A DNA stretch of 64,000 nt from Ignavibacteriales bacterium (GCA_016192345.1 JACPUH010000082.1:12025-76024), one strand, 5' to 3'; shown: positions 29,751-40,970, numbered from the stretch's first letter. Numbers and translations: made by a program. Notes: generated by a model from the sequence alone, not told the origin.

Positions 29751-32700
29751 TTACGCTGCAGCGCCATGGCAATTTTTGTACTTCTTCCCGCTGCCGCATG
29801 GACAAGGGTCGTTCCTCCCCACCTTCTCCTCAACCCGGATCGGTTGCTGCTTCTGCTGTGGAGCGCGGGCCGAAGGAGCATGGTGTTCCGACGGACCTGA
29901 TGCAATCGGCTCCCGGTTCGCCTGGAACCCTGCGCCGGTCGAGGACTCATGCGTAAGGACCATATCCTGGGCCCGGACGGGTCGACGCGGCCGCTGCACC
30001 TGGATCTGTTCGGGGCGCTCGGGGAAAAACTTGAAGACAATGGTGATGACCTCGTCCGCGATCTGTTCCATCAACACCATGAACATCTTGAACGCTTCGG
30101 TCTTATACTCGATCAGGGGGTCTTTCTGTCCGTACCCGCGGAGATGGATCCCCTCCTTCAAGTCATCCATTTCCCGCAGGTGGTCACGCCATTTCGTGTC
30201 GATCACCTGCAGCATGGCCATGCGTTCCAGACGGGCCATCAGCTCCCGGCCAATCCTCTCCTCCTTGCGGCGATAGAACTCCTCGGCCGCTTTCGTCACG
30301 GCCTCCGCCACGCCGTCTTCGCCCAGCGATTGAAACTGTTCCGGCGTCAGCGGAAGATCGGCAAGAAACCGGGCGCGCACTTCGGTCTTCAACCCTTCCA
30401 GGTCACCGGAAGCAAAGAACTCCTTCCCGAGGCTCTGGGAGACGTCGCGCACCATATCGAAAATATCGTCCCGCAGATGTTCCCCGAGCAAGGCATGGCG
30501 GCGGCGCGAGTAAATCACCTCGCGCTGCTGGTTCATGACGTTGTCATATTCCAACAACCGTTTGCGGATACCAAAGTTGTTCTCCTCCACCTTCTTCTGC
30601 GCCCGTTCGACGGAGCGGGTGATCATCGGGTGCTGGATCACTTCCCCTTCCTTCAATCCCATCCGCTCCATGATCCGCGCGACGCGCTCGCTGCCGAAGA
30701 GACGCATGAGATCGTCCTCGAGCGAGAGATAGAAGAGGGATGAACCCGGGTCACCCTGACGGCCCGCACGGCCACGCAACTGCCGGTCGATCCGCCTCGA
30801 CTCATGCCGTTCCGTGCCGACGATGTGCAATCCACCGGCGTCTTTGACGCCGGGGCCGAGTTTGATGTCCGTTCCACGACCTGCCATGTTGGTGGCAATT
30901 GTGATAGCTCCCGGCAAGCCGGCATGGGCAATGATCTCCGCCTCACGCTGGTGGTGTTTCGCGTTCAGGACATTGTGGGGAACCCCCTGGCGCTTCAGCA
31001 TCCTGCTGATCGTTTCCGAGACATCGACGCTCGTTGTACCGACGAGAACGGGGCGGTGAAGCTCCCGCATCTTCTCGATCTCCTTGATCACCGCGTTATA
31101 TTTCTCCCGCCTCGTTTTGAAGACCTGGTCGTCCTCGTCCTTCCGCACCATGGGCATGTTGGTCGGAATCACCACGACGTCAAGTTTGTAGATCTCGAAG
31201 AATTCCGGAGCCTCGGTCTCCGCGGTTCCGGTCATCCCGGAAAGTTTCTTGTAGAGCCGGAAGTAATTCTGGAGCGTGACGGTGGCGAGCGTCTGGGTGT
31301 CGCGTTCGACCTTGACCCCCTCCTTCGCTTCGATCGCCTGATGTAATCCCTCGGAGTACCTCCGGCCCGAAAGGAGGCGTCCGGTGAACTCGTCGACGAT
31401 CATCACCTTGCCTTCCTGCACGACGTACTCATCATCCTTCTCATACAGGCAGTAGGCTTTCAGAAGCTGAAGGATCGTATGGATCCGGTCGCTCCGCTCG
31501 GCGAACAGCTTGTTGATCTCATCCTTCTTCGTCTGCTTCGCTTCCTCGGAGAGTGCCGTGTCACCTTCCAAGAGGCTAAACTCGGTCGTAATGTCGGGAA
31601 TGACGAACATGTCCTTATCCCCGCCGGGATAGGTCTGCGCAAGGGTTTCGCGCCCCTTTTCGGTAAGATCGATCGTATGGGATTTTTCGTCGATGCTGAA
31701 GTACAGCTCGTCGTCGATCTCGTGCATGCGGGCGGATTGGTCCTGCATGTACTCCCGTTCCGTCTTCTGCGAAAGCATTTTGTTGGAGGGCTCGGAAAAC
31801 AATTTCTGGAGCTTCTTGTTCTTCGGCAAGCCATGCTGGGCTCTGAGCAGCTGGACTCCCGCCTCCTCGTTCCTGCCCTGTTCCAGGAACGCCTCGGCGT
31901 CGGCGGTAACCTTTGCGACAAGGCTCTTCTGCGCGTTCACAAGCCGCTCGACGAACGGTTTCATCTCGTTAAACTTATGATCGTCCACCTCGACAGGGCC
32001 GCTGATAATGAGCGGCGTCCGGGCTTCGTCGATCAGGACCGAATCCACCTCGTCCACGATGGCATAATTATGGCCGCGTTGCACCATGTCTTCGACCACG
32101 GTCACCATGTTGTCGCGCAGGTAATCGAAGCCAAATTCATTGTTCGTGCCATAGGTGATATCGGCGGCATACTGGACTCGGCGCTGGGCCGGATCCATGT
32201 TTTGAAGAATGCAGCCCACCGTCAAACCGAGGAATTCATGGACCCGCCCCATCCACTGGCTATCCCGCAACGCGAGGTAGTCGTTGACCGTCACAATGTG
32301 CACACCGCGCCCGGGAAGTGCGTTCAAATAGGTAGGAAGCGTGGCAACGAGCGTTTTCCCCTCCCCGGTTGCCATTTCGGAGATCTTTCCCTGATGGAGA
32401 ACAACGCCGCCGATCAACTGCACATCAAACGGGACCATGTCCCAGACGGTCTTGTTTCCAGCCACATCCCACGTTTGTCCAACCAACCGCCGGCAGGCTT
32501 CCTTGACGACACCGAACGCCTCGGGGAGAAGCTGGCGCAGGGTTTCCTCGATTTCGGCATCAAGCTCTTTCTTCAGGTCATCAAGCTTGTTGTAGAGGGC
32601 ATCGCGTTCAGAAAAGGAGAGGTCCTGTTTGAGGGATTCCTGAAGTGAGGCAATCTCCGACTCAATTTCGCCCGTGGCTTCCTTGATGCGTGAGTGGAAT

Positions 32701-32843
32701 TCCCCGGTTTTTGCCCGAAGCTGGTCATCCGAGAGTTGGGAAAATTGTTCAGCATACGTGTTGATTTGGGCCACGATAGGCGCAATCATCCTTACATCTT
32801 TGTCATGCTTTCCGCCGAACAACTTCTTAAAAAACTCCAGCAT
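29751..32843 (-). CDS. secA: Preprotein translocase ATPase SecA
   Basis: 1030 aa. DEAD motor motifs. C-terminal zinc finger '[14 protein letters not shown]'. Confidence 0.97.
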   Translation of the reverse strand: MLEFFKKLFGGKHDKDVRMIAPIVAQINTYAEQFSQLSDDQLRAKTGEFHSRIKEATGEIESEIASLQESLKQDLSFSERDALYNKLDDLKKELDAEIEETLRQLLPEAFGVVKEACRRLVGQTWDVAGNKTVWDMVPFDVQLIGGVVLHQGKISEMATGEGKTLVATLPTYLNALPGRGVHIVTVNDYLALRDSQWMGRVHEFLGLTVGCILQNMDPAQRRVQYAADITYGTNNEFGFDYLRDNMVTVVEDMVQRGHNYAIVDEVDSVLIDEARTPLIISGPVEVDDHKFNEMKPFVERLVNAQKSLVAKVTADAEAFLEQGRNEEAGVQLLRAQHGLPKNKKLQKLFSEPSNKMLSQKTEREYMQDQSARMHEIDDELYFSIDEKSHTIDLTEKGRETLAQTYPGGDKDMFVIPDITTEFSLLEGDTALSEEAKQTKKDEINKLFAERSDRIHTILQLLKAYCLYEKDDEYVVQEGKVMIVDEFTGRLLSGRRYSEGLHQAIEAKEGVKVERDTQTLATVTLQNYFRLYKKLSGMTGTAETEAPEFFEIYKLDVVVIPTNMPMVRKDEDDQVFKTRREKYNAVIKEIEKMRELHRPVLVGTTSVDVSETISRMLKRQGVPHNVLNAKHHQREAEIIAHAGLPGAITIATNMAGRGTDIKLGPGVKDAGGLHIVGTERHESRRIDRQLRGRAGRQGDPGSSLFYLSLEDDLMRLFGSERVARIMERMGLKEGEVIQHPMITRSVERAQKKVEENNFGIRKRLLEYDNVMNQQREVIYSRRRHALLGEHLRDDIFDMVRDVSQSLGKEFFASGDLEGLKTEVRARFLADLPLTPEQFQSLGEDGVAEAVTKAAEEFYRRKEERIGRELMARLERMAMLQVIDTKWRDHLREMDDLKEGIHLRGYGQKDPLIEYKTEAFKMFMVLMEQIADEVITIVFKFFPERPEQIQVQRPRRPVRAQDMVLTHESSTGAGFQANREPIASGPSEHHAPSARAPQQKQQPIRVEEKVGRNDPCPCGSGKKYKNCHGAAA

Positions 32844-33203
32844 ACAGTCCCTTCAATCGTAGTGTTTCAAAAATTGCTCGGAAAATATACCTTTTTTTCG
32901 ATGCGGATGCAAACTGCACATAGCGGGATACCCCCCGCTTCCGAATGGCAGGGAACTTCACCGACGATACACATCCAAGCCGATGAAGACTATTCCGGTA
33001 GAAGTACGCTTCGTGTGCTTCATCAGTACGCCTCCGGCTGGCGGGTGACGCAGGTTCATTTTCTTGTGGGCGCAGATCCGAAGAATAGATCGCTGGTGCG
33101 AAAGCATTGCTCCAAGCTATTGCTTTTCACCCTTTTTCATTTCACATTCTTATGTCTTCCGCCTGCAAGGTACTCAACCATTCCCTTTCACTACATTTTC
33201 GCA

Positions 33204-34685
33204 ATGCCAATGTTCCTCCGCTCGCCGTTCGCCACAGCCCTTCTCATGGTCCTGATCGGCTGTGCACCGGGCCTCCGTACCACGCGTCCCTCCGATCCGC
33301 TGGAGGCATTGCGCTACGATATCGACGCGGTTCTTGCAGATTCCATTTTTCTCCAGGCTCGAACGGGGATTATGGTCAAATCGCTCGACCGTGGTGATAT
33401 CCTCTATGAGCGCGACGGGAAGATGTTGAACCGTCCCGCCTCGAATATGAAACTTCTCACCTCCGCGGCAGCGATTTCCCTGCTCGGGAAGGATTTCGCA
33501 TTCACAACCTCGGTACTTGCCGATAGCGCACCGGCCCGGGGAATTTTGTACGGCAATCTTTATTTCAAAGGGGGAGGAAATCCCGACCTGAAAACGTCCG
33601 ATCTCGATACGATCGTGAAGCAGATTCAACAGACAGGTATCCGGGAAGTTCAGGGGCGGATCTATGCGGATGTCTCATACTTTGACGATCTTTTTTGGGG
33701 ATTTGGATGGAATTGGGATGATGAGCCGTTCCAGTATGCTGCATTTTTAAGTCCATTAACCATCAACGACAACTGCATTCGTGTTACCGTCAGTCCCGCG
33801 GATTCCGCCGGGAAGCCGGCAACCGTGGTGACCATCCCTGCGACCTCGTTTGTCACCCTCATCAACCATTGCACCACCACCGCCGATTCGGTCCACCAAC
33901 CGCTCAGGGTAACCCGCCTCTTCAAGGAACGGCGTAACACCATCCTGCTCGAAGGTGAGCTAGCGCTCAACGCCCGACCTGCCGACCGTGTGCTCAGCCT
34001 CTGGCGGCCTGAACTCTATGCCTCCGAACTCCTGAAAGAAGCATTGGAACGTGCGGGCATCGTCATCTGGGGTGAATCGATGATCGGCGTATCCGCTCCG
34101 GGCGCACGGGAGATTGCCGTTCATTCGCAACACCTCGATTCGATGGTGGTTCATCTGAACAAGGTCAGCGATAATCTCTCCGCGGAATTGACACTGAAGA
34201 CGCTTGGTGCCGTGAAGCGCGGTGTGCCGGGGAGCGGTGAGAACGGGATCTCCGTGCTCCATGAGTTTCTCAACTCCCTGGGGATCGATACAACAGCCAT
34301 ACGGGCAGCGGACGGTTCGGGTCTTTCGTACTACAACCTGCTGACCGCCGACATGCTCGTTCAGCTCCTTGAGGGCATGGCGAAGCAACCAGACCTGTTT
34401 CCGCTCTTCTCCGCATCGCTCCCCATTGCGGGGGTCGACGGGACATTAGAACACAGGATGAAAGGAACTTTGGCCGAAGGGAACCTTCGTGCAAAGACCG
34501 GAACCATCAGTGGAGTGAGTTCCCTTTCGGGATATGTAAAGACACCGGAGGGGGAAACGTTGGCCTTCTCCATGAGCATGCAGAACTTCGTTCTCCCCAG
34601 CCGCCTCTATCAACGGGCGCAGGACCGGATCGGTGCGCTCCTCGCCGGATTTTCCCGTAGGCGCCTTAACGCAACCGTTCGATAA
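33204..34685 (+). CDS. dacB: D-alanyl-D-alanine carboxypeptidase/endopeptidase (PBP4, peptidase S13), lipoprotein
   Basis: Start at MPMFLRSPF, 170 codons into the ORF-track ORF. Lipobox 'LIGC'. 'ASNMKLLTSAAA' is the SxxK active site. 'SGLS' and 'KTG' motifs. Confidence 0.8.
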   Translation: MPMFLRSPFATALLMVLIGCAPGLRTTRPSDPLEALRYDIDAVLADSIFLQARTGIMVKSLDRGDILYERDGKMLNRPASNMKLLTSAAAISLLGKDFAFTTSVLADSAPARGILYGNLYFKGGGNPDLKTSDLDTIVKQIQQTGIREVQGRIYADVSYFDDLFWGFGWNWDDEPFQYAAFLSPLTINDNCIRVTVSPADSAGKPATVVTIPATSFVTLINHCTTTADSVHQPLRVTRLFKERRNTILLEGELALNARPADRVLSLWRPELYASELLKEALERAGIVIWGESMIGVSAPGAREIAVHSQHLDSMVVHLNKVSDNLSAELTLKTLGAVKRGVPGSGENGISVLHEFLNSLGIDTTAIRAADGSGLSYYNLLTADMLVQLLEGMAKQPDLFPLFSASLPIAGVDGTLEHRMKGTLAEGNLRAKTGTISGVSSLSGYVKTPEGETLAFSMSMQNFVLPSRLYQRAQDRIGALLAGFSRRRLNATVR

Positions 34686-35699
34686 ATGGATATGAACAGC
34701 GTCGACCGGATAGTGAGGATGGGAAGCGGTGTTTTGCTCTCCATTGCATTGATAGGAGCGGCTGCTCTTTCTTTTTCATGTGAAGCACAGAAGCAAGACG
34801 CTCAACCGATCCCGGAGGTTATACCCTCTGTTGCAAGCGAGATCCCGGAGTTCAGCGGTGAGCAGGCATTCAAATTTCTTCTTCGACAGACAGACTTTGG
34901 ACCTCGAGCGCCCAATACCCCGGGCCACAGGAACTGCCTTGAGTTTCTGCATCAACAGCTCACCGAGTACGCCGACGCAGTCAACCTTCAACCGTTCGAA
35001 CATACCGGGCGCGATGGCATCCAGTATTCCCTTACCAATGTCATCGCGTCGTTCAACTCCAAGGCAACCGACCGCATTCTCCTGACGGCGCACTGGGATA
35101 CCCGACCGTGGGCCGATCAGGATGCGGATACCCGCAACCACAGCAAGCCGATCATCGGGGCTAACGATGGCGCCAGTGGTGTCGCCGTGTTGCTGGAGAT
35201 TGCCCGTCACCTCCACGGTACTTCACCCCCCATCGGTGTTGATATTGTTTTTTTTGACGGAGAGGATCTGGGGGCGACCGGAAGCCCGGAGAGCTTCTCC
35301 GCCGGCGCCAAGTTTTTTGCCGCGAACAAATCCATGGGCTTCCGGCCCCGCTTCGGGATCAATATCGATATGGTGGGAGATAAAGTACTGGAGATCCCCC
35401 GCGAGGTCAACTCCGACCGCTACGCACGGAACGTGATGGACCTGATTTTTTCCACTGCCCGGACCCTTGGGCTGCCCCAGTTCACTCATGCCGAGGGGAG
35501 CGAGATCTACGACGACCATATTCCCTTGAACAACGTCGGTATCCCCACGGCAGACCTGATCGACTTCCACTACCCGGACCACAGGACAAACTACTGGCAC
35601 ACCCTCGCGGACACACCGGATCAATGCAGCCCCGAAAGCCTTGCGGCCGTGGGGCAAGTCCTTCTCCATATTCTCTACACGGGAGCCAAAACACCATGA
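34686..35699 (+). CDS. M28-family peptidase (glutaminyl-cyclase/aminopeptidase-like)
   Basis: 'LTAHWDTRPWADQD', 'GANDGASGVAVLLEIAR' and 'VFFDGEDLG' are M28 metal-binding motifs. Starts immediately after the dacB stop. Confidence 0.7.
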   Translation: MDMNSVDRIVRMGSGVLLSIALIGAAALSFSCEAQKQDAQPIPEVIPSVASEIPEFSGEQAFKFLLRQTDFGPRAPNTPGHRNCLEFLHQQLTEYADAVNLQPFEHTGRDGIQYSLTNVIASFNSKATDRILLTAHWDTRPWADQDADTRNHSKPIIGANDGASGVAVLLEIARHLHGTSPPIGVDIVFFDGEDLGATGSPESFSAGAKFFAANKSMGFRPRFGINIDMVGDKVLEIPREVNSDRYARNVMDLIFSTARTLGLPQFTHAEGSEIYDDHIPLNNVGIPTADLIDFHYPDHRTNYWHTLADTPDQCSPESLAAVGQVLLHILYTGAKTP

Positions 35700-36370
35700 A
35701 CAGTCCGTCAACCTTCGGCCTGTACGAAACGATGCGCATCGTCGTGCCCGGCTTTTTCTTCGCAACGATGATCTCCTTCCTCTACTGGTGCGGAGCGACG
35801 CCGTTTTTCCCTCCGCTCCTGCTTTCCGGGCTTCCGCTCATTGCTCTCTTCCTGGTGCTCGTCCTGGTCTCCGGCCTGACCATCTACTCCAAGGAAACAA
35901 CCAAGAAACGCAAAGCCTTCCTGGAAAATCAGCCGAGTCTTACCATCAAAACCAAAGCACGTTCGATGCCCGATCTCCCTCCCATCGATGAACAGGAGGC
36001 AAGGCGTCTTTACTTCTTCATTCTGAACAATCATATTCCTTCCCCATTCCATGAAAAAATATTTTTCTTCGGGACGATTTATCACATTATGACACAGGTC
36101 CGCCGAACCTCCTTCTGGTTCGCCATCCTTTCCTCGCTTCTTCTTGCCCTGCAACTCGCCTCGGGACAGTTGCTCAGCGACTTGCAGGGACTGATTGCTT
36201 TCACCGCAAGCGTCTGGGCGATCTACCTTCTCAATGTCCGCTACAACAAAGCAGACCGCAAGATGCAGGAAAATTACCAAGACCAGATCTTTTGGCTTGA
36301 AATGAACGACGACCTTATCGAAACGATCATCCGCAAGCGCTTTTCAAAACTCCCGCCGAACATCTCATGA
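35696..36370 (+). CDS. Hypothetical integral membrane protein
   Basis: ATGA overlap with the M28 peptidase stop. About 4 TM helices. Its stop overlaps the prmA start. Confidence 0.45.
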   Translation: MNSPSTFGLYETMRIVVPGFFFATMISFLYWCGATPFFPPLLLSGLPLIALFLVLVLVSGLTIYSKETTKKRKAFLENQPSLTIKTKARSMPDLPPIDEQEARRLYFFILNNHIPSPFHEKIFFFGTIYHIMTQVRRTSFWFAILSSLLLALQLASGQLLSDLQGLIAFTASVWAIYLLNVRYNKADRKMQENYQDQIFWLEMNDDLIETIIRKRFSKLPPNIS

Positions 36371-37239
36371 AATCCCAACAATGGATCCAGGTACGACTCT
36401 TCATCCCTTCCTCCCACCAGGACCTGATCATCGGTCAACTCTCCATGGTGGGGTTTGAGGGATTTGTCCAGGAGGATACGTCACTGGATTGCTTCGTTCC
36501 CAAGACAAAGTGGAATGACCGGTTTCTGGCACGTCTCCGGCAAACGCTGCAACGCTTTCAAAGAGAGTTCCCCTCGATCGAAACACGCTTCCAGCGCCGG
36601 GTGGTCAGGAACCAAAACTGGAACGCACGCTGGGAACGGAGTGCGGGCATTGTGGAGGCCACGAACCGGATCGTCATCAAGCCCTCGTGGAAGAAGCTTC
36701 GCTCCAAAGATAAGGGAAAGATCGTCCTCAACATCGACCCGAAAATGTCCTTCGGCACCGGACACCATGAAACGACACGTCTCTGCCTGTTATTGCTGGA
36801 AGAGTATCTCCGTCCCGGATCCCGGGTACTGGACTTCGGTTCCGGAACGGGCGTGCTTTCTCTTGCAGCGGTAAAACTCGGGGCGCGCTCCGCCATCGCA
36901 ATCGACATCGACGAGTGGGCTCTTGTCAATGCAAGGGAAAATGTCAAAAGGAACAGGGTTGGGAAGAAGATCAAGGTGCTTTCAGGAGGAACCAAGAGCA
37001 TTCCCAAAAGCCAGTTTGACCTCATCCTTGCCAATATTGATCTTCCGACACTTGCCGCTTCCCTGCGCCAACTCCTGCTCTCCCTCAAGCAGGACGGCCT
37101 GATCATCCTGTCGGGACTCCTCACCTCCGACCTCTCGAAGTTTATGGACCTCCTTGCCCACCGTGGCGCCGTTCCCCTTGAAATTATATCCGAGAACGAA
37201 TGGGCCGCCCTTGTCCTTGTCAAGCTCCGTGCGCATTAG
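36367..37239 (+). CDS. prmA: Ribosomal protein L11 methyltransferase
   Basis: 'IDPKMSFGTGHHETTRLCL' and 'VLDFGSGTGVLSLAA' (SAM-binding site). Confidence 0.85.
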   Translation: MKSQQWIQVRLFIPSSHQDLIIGQLSMVGFEGFVQEDTSLDCFVPKTKWNDRFLARLRQTLQRFQREFPSIETRFQRRVVRNQNWNARWERSAGIVEATNRIVIKPSWKKLRSKDKGKIVLNIDPKMSFGTGHHETTRLCLLLLEEYLRPGSRVLDFGSGTGVLSLAAVKLGARSAIAIDIDEWALVNARENVKRNRVGKKIKVLSGGTKSIPKSQFDLILANIDLPTLAASLRQLLLSLKQDGLIILSGLLTSDLSKFMDLLAHRGAVPLEIISENEWAALVLVKLRAH

Positions 37240-38155
37240 CTCAATCGATATTGGAACAAACACCATCCTGATGCTCGTCGCCGATATCGAAGGCGATGGG
37301 ATATTGAGACCGGTGCGCGATGAGCATGTCATCGCCCGACTGGGGAGAGGCGTTGACGCGCATCGGAGGATTACGCCCGAAACTATGAGTCGCGCACTTG
37401 CCACCCTGAAAGAGTATAAGCGCCTCGCCGAGAGTCATCGCACGGACAGGATCATTGCCGGGGGGACCAGCGCACTCAGAGATGCGGTCAACCGGGAGGA
37501 GTTTATCGCTGCCGTCCACGAGCAGACGGGAATCCGGATCGATGTCCTGACCGGGGATGAAGAGGCTGAACTGACCTATCAAGGGGCCGTTTCAGAGTTC
37601 AGTTCGAGAGGTTCGGAAGCGCGGTTCGCAGTTCTGGATATAGGCGGCGGGAGCACAGAGTTGTCGATGGGAGCAGGAAGCAAGCTTCAATCACGAATGA
37701 GCCTGGACATCGGATCCGTACGATTAACTGAGAGGCTGCTCAGAGGATCCCCCCCAAAGGAGGAACATCTGGAGGAGGCCAAAAAATATCTTCAGGGGGT
37801 CGTCTCCCGCTATCCAATCCTGGGTTCACAGGATACCCTCATTGGTGTGGCAGGAACCCTCACTACACTTGCTTCCATCGATCTGGACCTTCCCGACTAT
37901 GACCGCACAAATGTAAGCGGGCATAAGATGGCATTGGCAACAGTTCAAAAGATATTCGATGAACTTCGAACCAAGAACCTTGAAGAACTACTCGCCTATC
38001 CACAGATCCTGAAGGGTCGGGCAGATATATTGTTGGCGGGTATCCTCATTCTATTAGAGGTGATGAGGCAAACTCAGGCTCGGGAGGTCACAGCAAGCGA
38101 TAGAGGGTTGCGGTACGGGATGGCTCTAAAAGAAAGCTCAAAATTGAAAGTTTAA
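37229..38155 (+). CDS. ppx: Ppx/GppA family exopolyphosphatase / guanosine pentaphosphate phosphohydrolase
   Basis: 'SSIDIGTNTILMLVA' and 'DIGGGSTE' are ASKHA phosphate-binding motifs. Start is a GTG that overlaps the prmA end by 11 nt, so it is uncertain. Confidence 0.7.
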   Translation: MRISSIDIGTNTILMLVADIEGDGILRPVRDEHVIARLGRGVDAHRRITPETMSRALATLKEYKRLAESHRTDRIIAGGTSALRDAVNREEFIAAVHEQTGIRIDVLTGDEEAELTYQGAVSEFSSRGSEARFAVLDIGGGSTELSMGAGSKLQSRMSLDIGSVRLTERLLRGSPPKEEHLEEAKKYLQGVVSRYPILGSQDTLIGVAGTLTTLASIDLDLPDYDRTNVSGHKMALATVQKIFDELRTKNLEELLAYPQILKGRADILLAGILILLEVMRQTQAREVTASDRGLRYGMALKESSKLKV

Positions 38156-38226
38156 GGTTCGAAATTGAGAGGAAGTTGTTGTCTGTCAATTGTTTAGTGC
38201 TCTTTATATAAAAATCATCGGAAGTG

Positions 38227-39387
38227 CTAACTTCTTGAATTCACCATATTGACTACCTCCTTCAAAGCGCTTGCAGCATAGTTTATATCCTCTTCAGTCG
38301 TTCCCCTTCCCAATGAAAATCGAATGGTCGACTTGGCGGTCTTCTCATCTCTCCCCATCGCCCGGAGCACGTGCGATGGCTGAAGACTTCCGGAGGTGCA
38401 GGCTGATCCGCTGGTGACAGCCACTCCACGGAGGTCCATTCCCATAATGAGCGCATCGCCGTCAAGGGGATAGGTCACCGAATCAAACGAAATGCTCAGG
38501 ATATGAGCAAGAACCTGTTGGGGATGGCCATTGATCAGCAGGCCTGGAAACGAGGAGAGAAGATCACGCGTCAGCTTTCCCCTCAATTCTCCCATCCTGT
38601 GGGACTCTTGGTCCATCACATTCTGACTCAGTTCCAAAGCCGTGGCAAACCCGACCGCCAAAGCCACGCTTTCCGTGCCCGCTCTCCGATTGCTCTCTTG
38701 AGATCCCCCCACGATCAAGGGATCAATGAGGGTTCCCTTCCTGATGACAATCGCACCGATGCCTTTAGGCCCATAAAATTTGTGTGCCGAAAGCGCAAGA
38801 AGATCCACCCCCATTTCACGAAATCTCAACGGCAGCTTCCCTGCCGTCTGCACCGTATCGGAATGAACAACGGCGCCGACGCTCTTCGTGACCTCGACGA
38901 CCTCGCGAAGTGGTTGAATGGTGCCGATTTCATTATTCGCGTGCATAACGGAAACAAGGGCCGTCTGATCGGAAAGCTTGCTTCGCAATTCTTCCGGGTC
39001 AACCATACCATATTGATCGACGGAGAGAATCTCCACCTGAATCCCTTCGGCCCGAAGCGATTCAGCCGCGTGAATCACCGCATGGTGTTCGATGGCAGAA
39101 ACGATGATCCGGTTCCTCCCTCGTCGGGCTCCCGATCTGGCAATCCCTTTGACCGCGTAGTTGTCGGCCTCAGTGCCCCCGCTGGTAAAAAACACCTCAT
39201 CATTGCGCGCACCGATGACTCGCGCAATGCGCTCCCGGCTTTCCTCCAGCACAGCCCGTGCTTCACGCCCAAAGGAATGGACAGAAGAAGCATTCCCAAA
39301 GATACCCTGGAAATACGGTACCATGGCCTCCAGAACGAGAGGATCAAGGGGAGTTGTGGCACTATGGTCCAGATAGATTCTTTTCAT
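38227..39387 (-). CDS. Cysteine desulfurase (class-V aminotransferase, IscS/NifS-like)
   Basis: Start MKRIYLDHSATTP. 'SAHKFYGPKGIGA' is the PLP-lysine motif. 'SGSACTSG' carries the active-site Cys. Confidence 0.85.
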   Translation of the reverse strand: MKRIYLDHSATTPLDPLVLEAMVPYFQGIFGNASSVHSFGREARAVLEESRERIARVIGARNDEVFFTSGGTEADNYAVKGIARSGARRGRNRIIVSAIEHHAVIHAAESLRAEGIQVEILSVDQYGMVDPEELRSKLSDQTALVSVMHANNEIGTIQPLREVVEVTKSVGAVVHSDTVQTAGKLPLRFREMGVDLLALSAHKFYGPKGIGAIVIRKGTLIDPLIVGGSQESNRRAGTESVALAVGFATALELSQNVMDQESHRMGELRGKLTRDLLSSFPGLLINGHPQQVLAHILSISFDSVTYPLDGDALIMGMDLRGVAVTSGSACTSGSLQPSHVLRAMGRDEKTAKSTIRFSLGRGTTEEDINYAASALKEVVNMVNSRS

Positions 39388-39458
39388 ACCCATCCAATAT
39401 ACGAGCACTCTTGGGGAGATTCAACAGCCGGGAGTAATGTCTCAGTTTCCCCGATTAA

Positions 39459-39531
39459 GGAATTTCACAGAGTTCCACTGAGAAAAGCTGTTCTCTGTGG
39501 AATTCCGTGCTCCTCGGTGGAACTCTGTGTA
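39459..39531. repeat. Nested inverted repeats (13-bp perfect IR CACAGAGTTCCAC / GTGGAACTCTGTG, plus GGAATTTCACAG / CTGTGGAATTCC)
   Basis: Read directly between the cysteine desulfurase start and the Spy-like gene end. It could fold as a long hairpin or form a dimeric operator. Confidence 0.3.
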
Positions 39532-39807
39532 ATGTCTTTTCTTTGAAACTGAACCACCCCTCAGCCGGGAGGACTACAATTAAAAGGTGCGAAGCTCCCT
39601 ACCGGATCAAAACATTCTTTGCGCGCGACTCACTGAAGAGGGGTGATCTTGAGACCATCCAAGAAGTACAATAGACGCGTTGTCTAAGTTTAGGAGTTGA
39701 GAGGATCTTACAGGGCGGGGTCAAAAAATAAAGGAGTATCCGTTGGAAACAGCAGAAATGGATTATCGCCAGAGGAGTAGCATCTCTACGCCGAACTACA
39801 CGAACCC

Positions 39808-40314
39808 CTAGTCTCGTACCCCTCCCCGTTCCTGTTGCATATCACGAAGGATTTCACGCAAGTTCTGCTGAAACCGTATTTCAAAGACAATATACTCGGC
39901 CACCTGTTTTTGGGTAAGAATATCCGTAAGTTCGTCCATGTATTTGAGCTTGGTCTCGCTCAAACGTTGTTCGAGCGCACGCAATTCTCTCAGGACTCGC
40001 TGGTAGTCCACATCCGGTGCCTGTGAGCGCCGGAGCGACTGGATCTGCTGAATGAATTCCAGTTGTTTTTGCCGGATTTCCCGCATCGCTGCTTCGTGTT
40101 TGTTGTAGCGTGCAAAGAACCGAATGGAGGCTTCTTCGTCGAGCTGCAACACTTCCATCAAACGAAGTTTCTTGAACTGCTCTACTCGTTCCGCCCCAGG
40201 ACGGCGCATCGAATCCTGGTCCGGCGCTCCTCCTCTCCTCTGCGCAAGACTCACGGAACAAACAAGCAGGGCGGCAATCAGCAACGCCCCCTGAGAAAAG
40301 AATCGACCGATCAT
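39808..40314 (-). CDS. Periplasmic Spy/CpxP-like (LTxxQ-type) stress protein
   Basis: Signal peptide. Helical, charged repeats 'QRVLRELRALEQRLSETKLKYMDELTDILTQKQ'. Final gene of the sigma operon. Confidence 0.45.
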   Translation of the reverse strand: MIGRFFSQGALLIAALLVCSVSLAQRRGGAPDQDSMRRPGAERVEQFKKLRLMEVLQLDEEASIRFFARYNKHEAAMREIRQKQLEFIQQIQSLRRSQAPDVDYQRVLRELRALEQRLSETKLKYMDELTDILTQKQVAEYIVFEIRFQQNLREILRDMQQERGGVRD

Positions 40315-40970
40315 AATACGCTCCTTTCTTCGAGACGTTGCAGTAAACGATCGACCTCCGGTTCGCTCAGGGCGTTCAGTGACTCGGAAGTGATGCCACC
40401 CATCGCCGTGAACGGCATGAGCAACGGGTCGGAAGTCCCGGTCGATAAAGACAATTGCCTGCTCAGAACGCTGTCAACGAGCGAATGCGGAACGGTGATT
40501 TCCTGCTCCGTCTCAACAAGCAGTTGATGATGACCTTGATCGATCACGATCTGCGAAAGTTCATCGGTCGAGAAAGCCTCAACCATCCCCAAGAGCGCAC
40601 CGCCATCACCCCCCTCCACCTGTTGCCGAACGAGCGGAAGTTCAAGCATCAGGATCGCTACCAGAACGGCGGCGGCCAGAGGCGACACGAGCCGGACGAT
40701 CAGGGGATGGTCGATCCATGCGAATCGGCCACGCCTTCCAAGTCTTTCGCGAACCCGGGGAAGCAAGTTGGAGAAGTAAGAACTTGAAGGGTGCTTCTGG
40801 GAGGTTCCGCGAAGAGAACCGACCAATTCCTTCATCTCTTCATAATCCTTCCGACAGGAAGGACAATCCCGCAGGTGCACTTCAACCTCTTCGCGGAGGC
40901 CGGTGTCCAGTTGGCCGGTAAGATAATCCGGTAACAGGGATTTAACGTGAAGCGTGTGCACGGCGGACAT
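40311..40970 (-). CDS. Anti-sigma factor (zf-HC2 zinc-finger, single TM)
   Basis: 'HLRDCPSCRKDYEE' is the HxxxCxxC motif. Central TM 'LAAAVLVAILMLELPL'. Overlaps the sigma gene by 29 nt. Confidence 0.7.
   Translation of the reverse strand: MSAVHTLHVKSLLPDYLTGQLDTGLREEVEVHLRDCPSCRKDYEEMKELVGSLRGTSQKHPSSSYFSNLLPRVRERLGRRGRFAWIDHPLIVRLVSPLAAAVLVAILMLELPLVRQQVEGGDGGALLGMVEAFSTDELSQIVIDQGHHQLLVETEQEITVPHSLVDSVLSRQLSLSTGTSDPLLMPFTAMGGITSESLNALSEPEVDRLLQRLEERSVL

Noticed and set aside
35223-35765. 180-aa minus-strand ORF
   Set aside because: Antisense to the M28 peptidase and membrane-protein genes, which are translationally coupled on the plus strand.
38503-39546. 347-aa plus-strand ORF
   Set aside because: Antisense to the cysteine desulfurase gene, which has the PLP-lysine and active-site Cys motifs.
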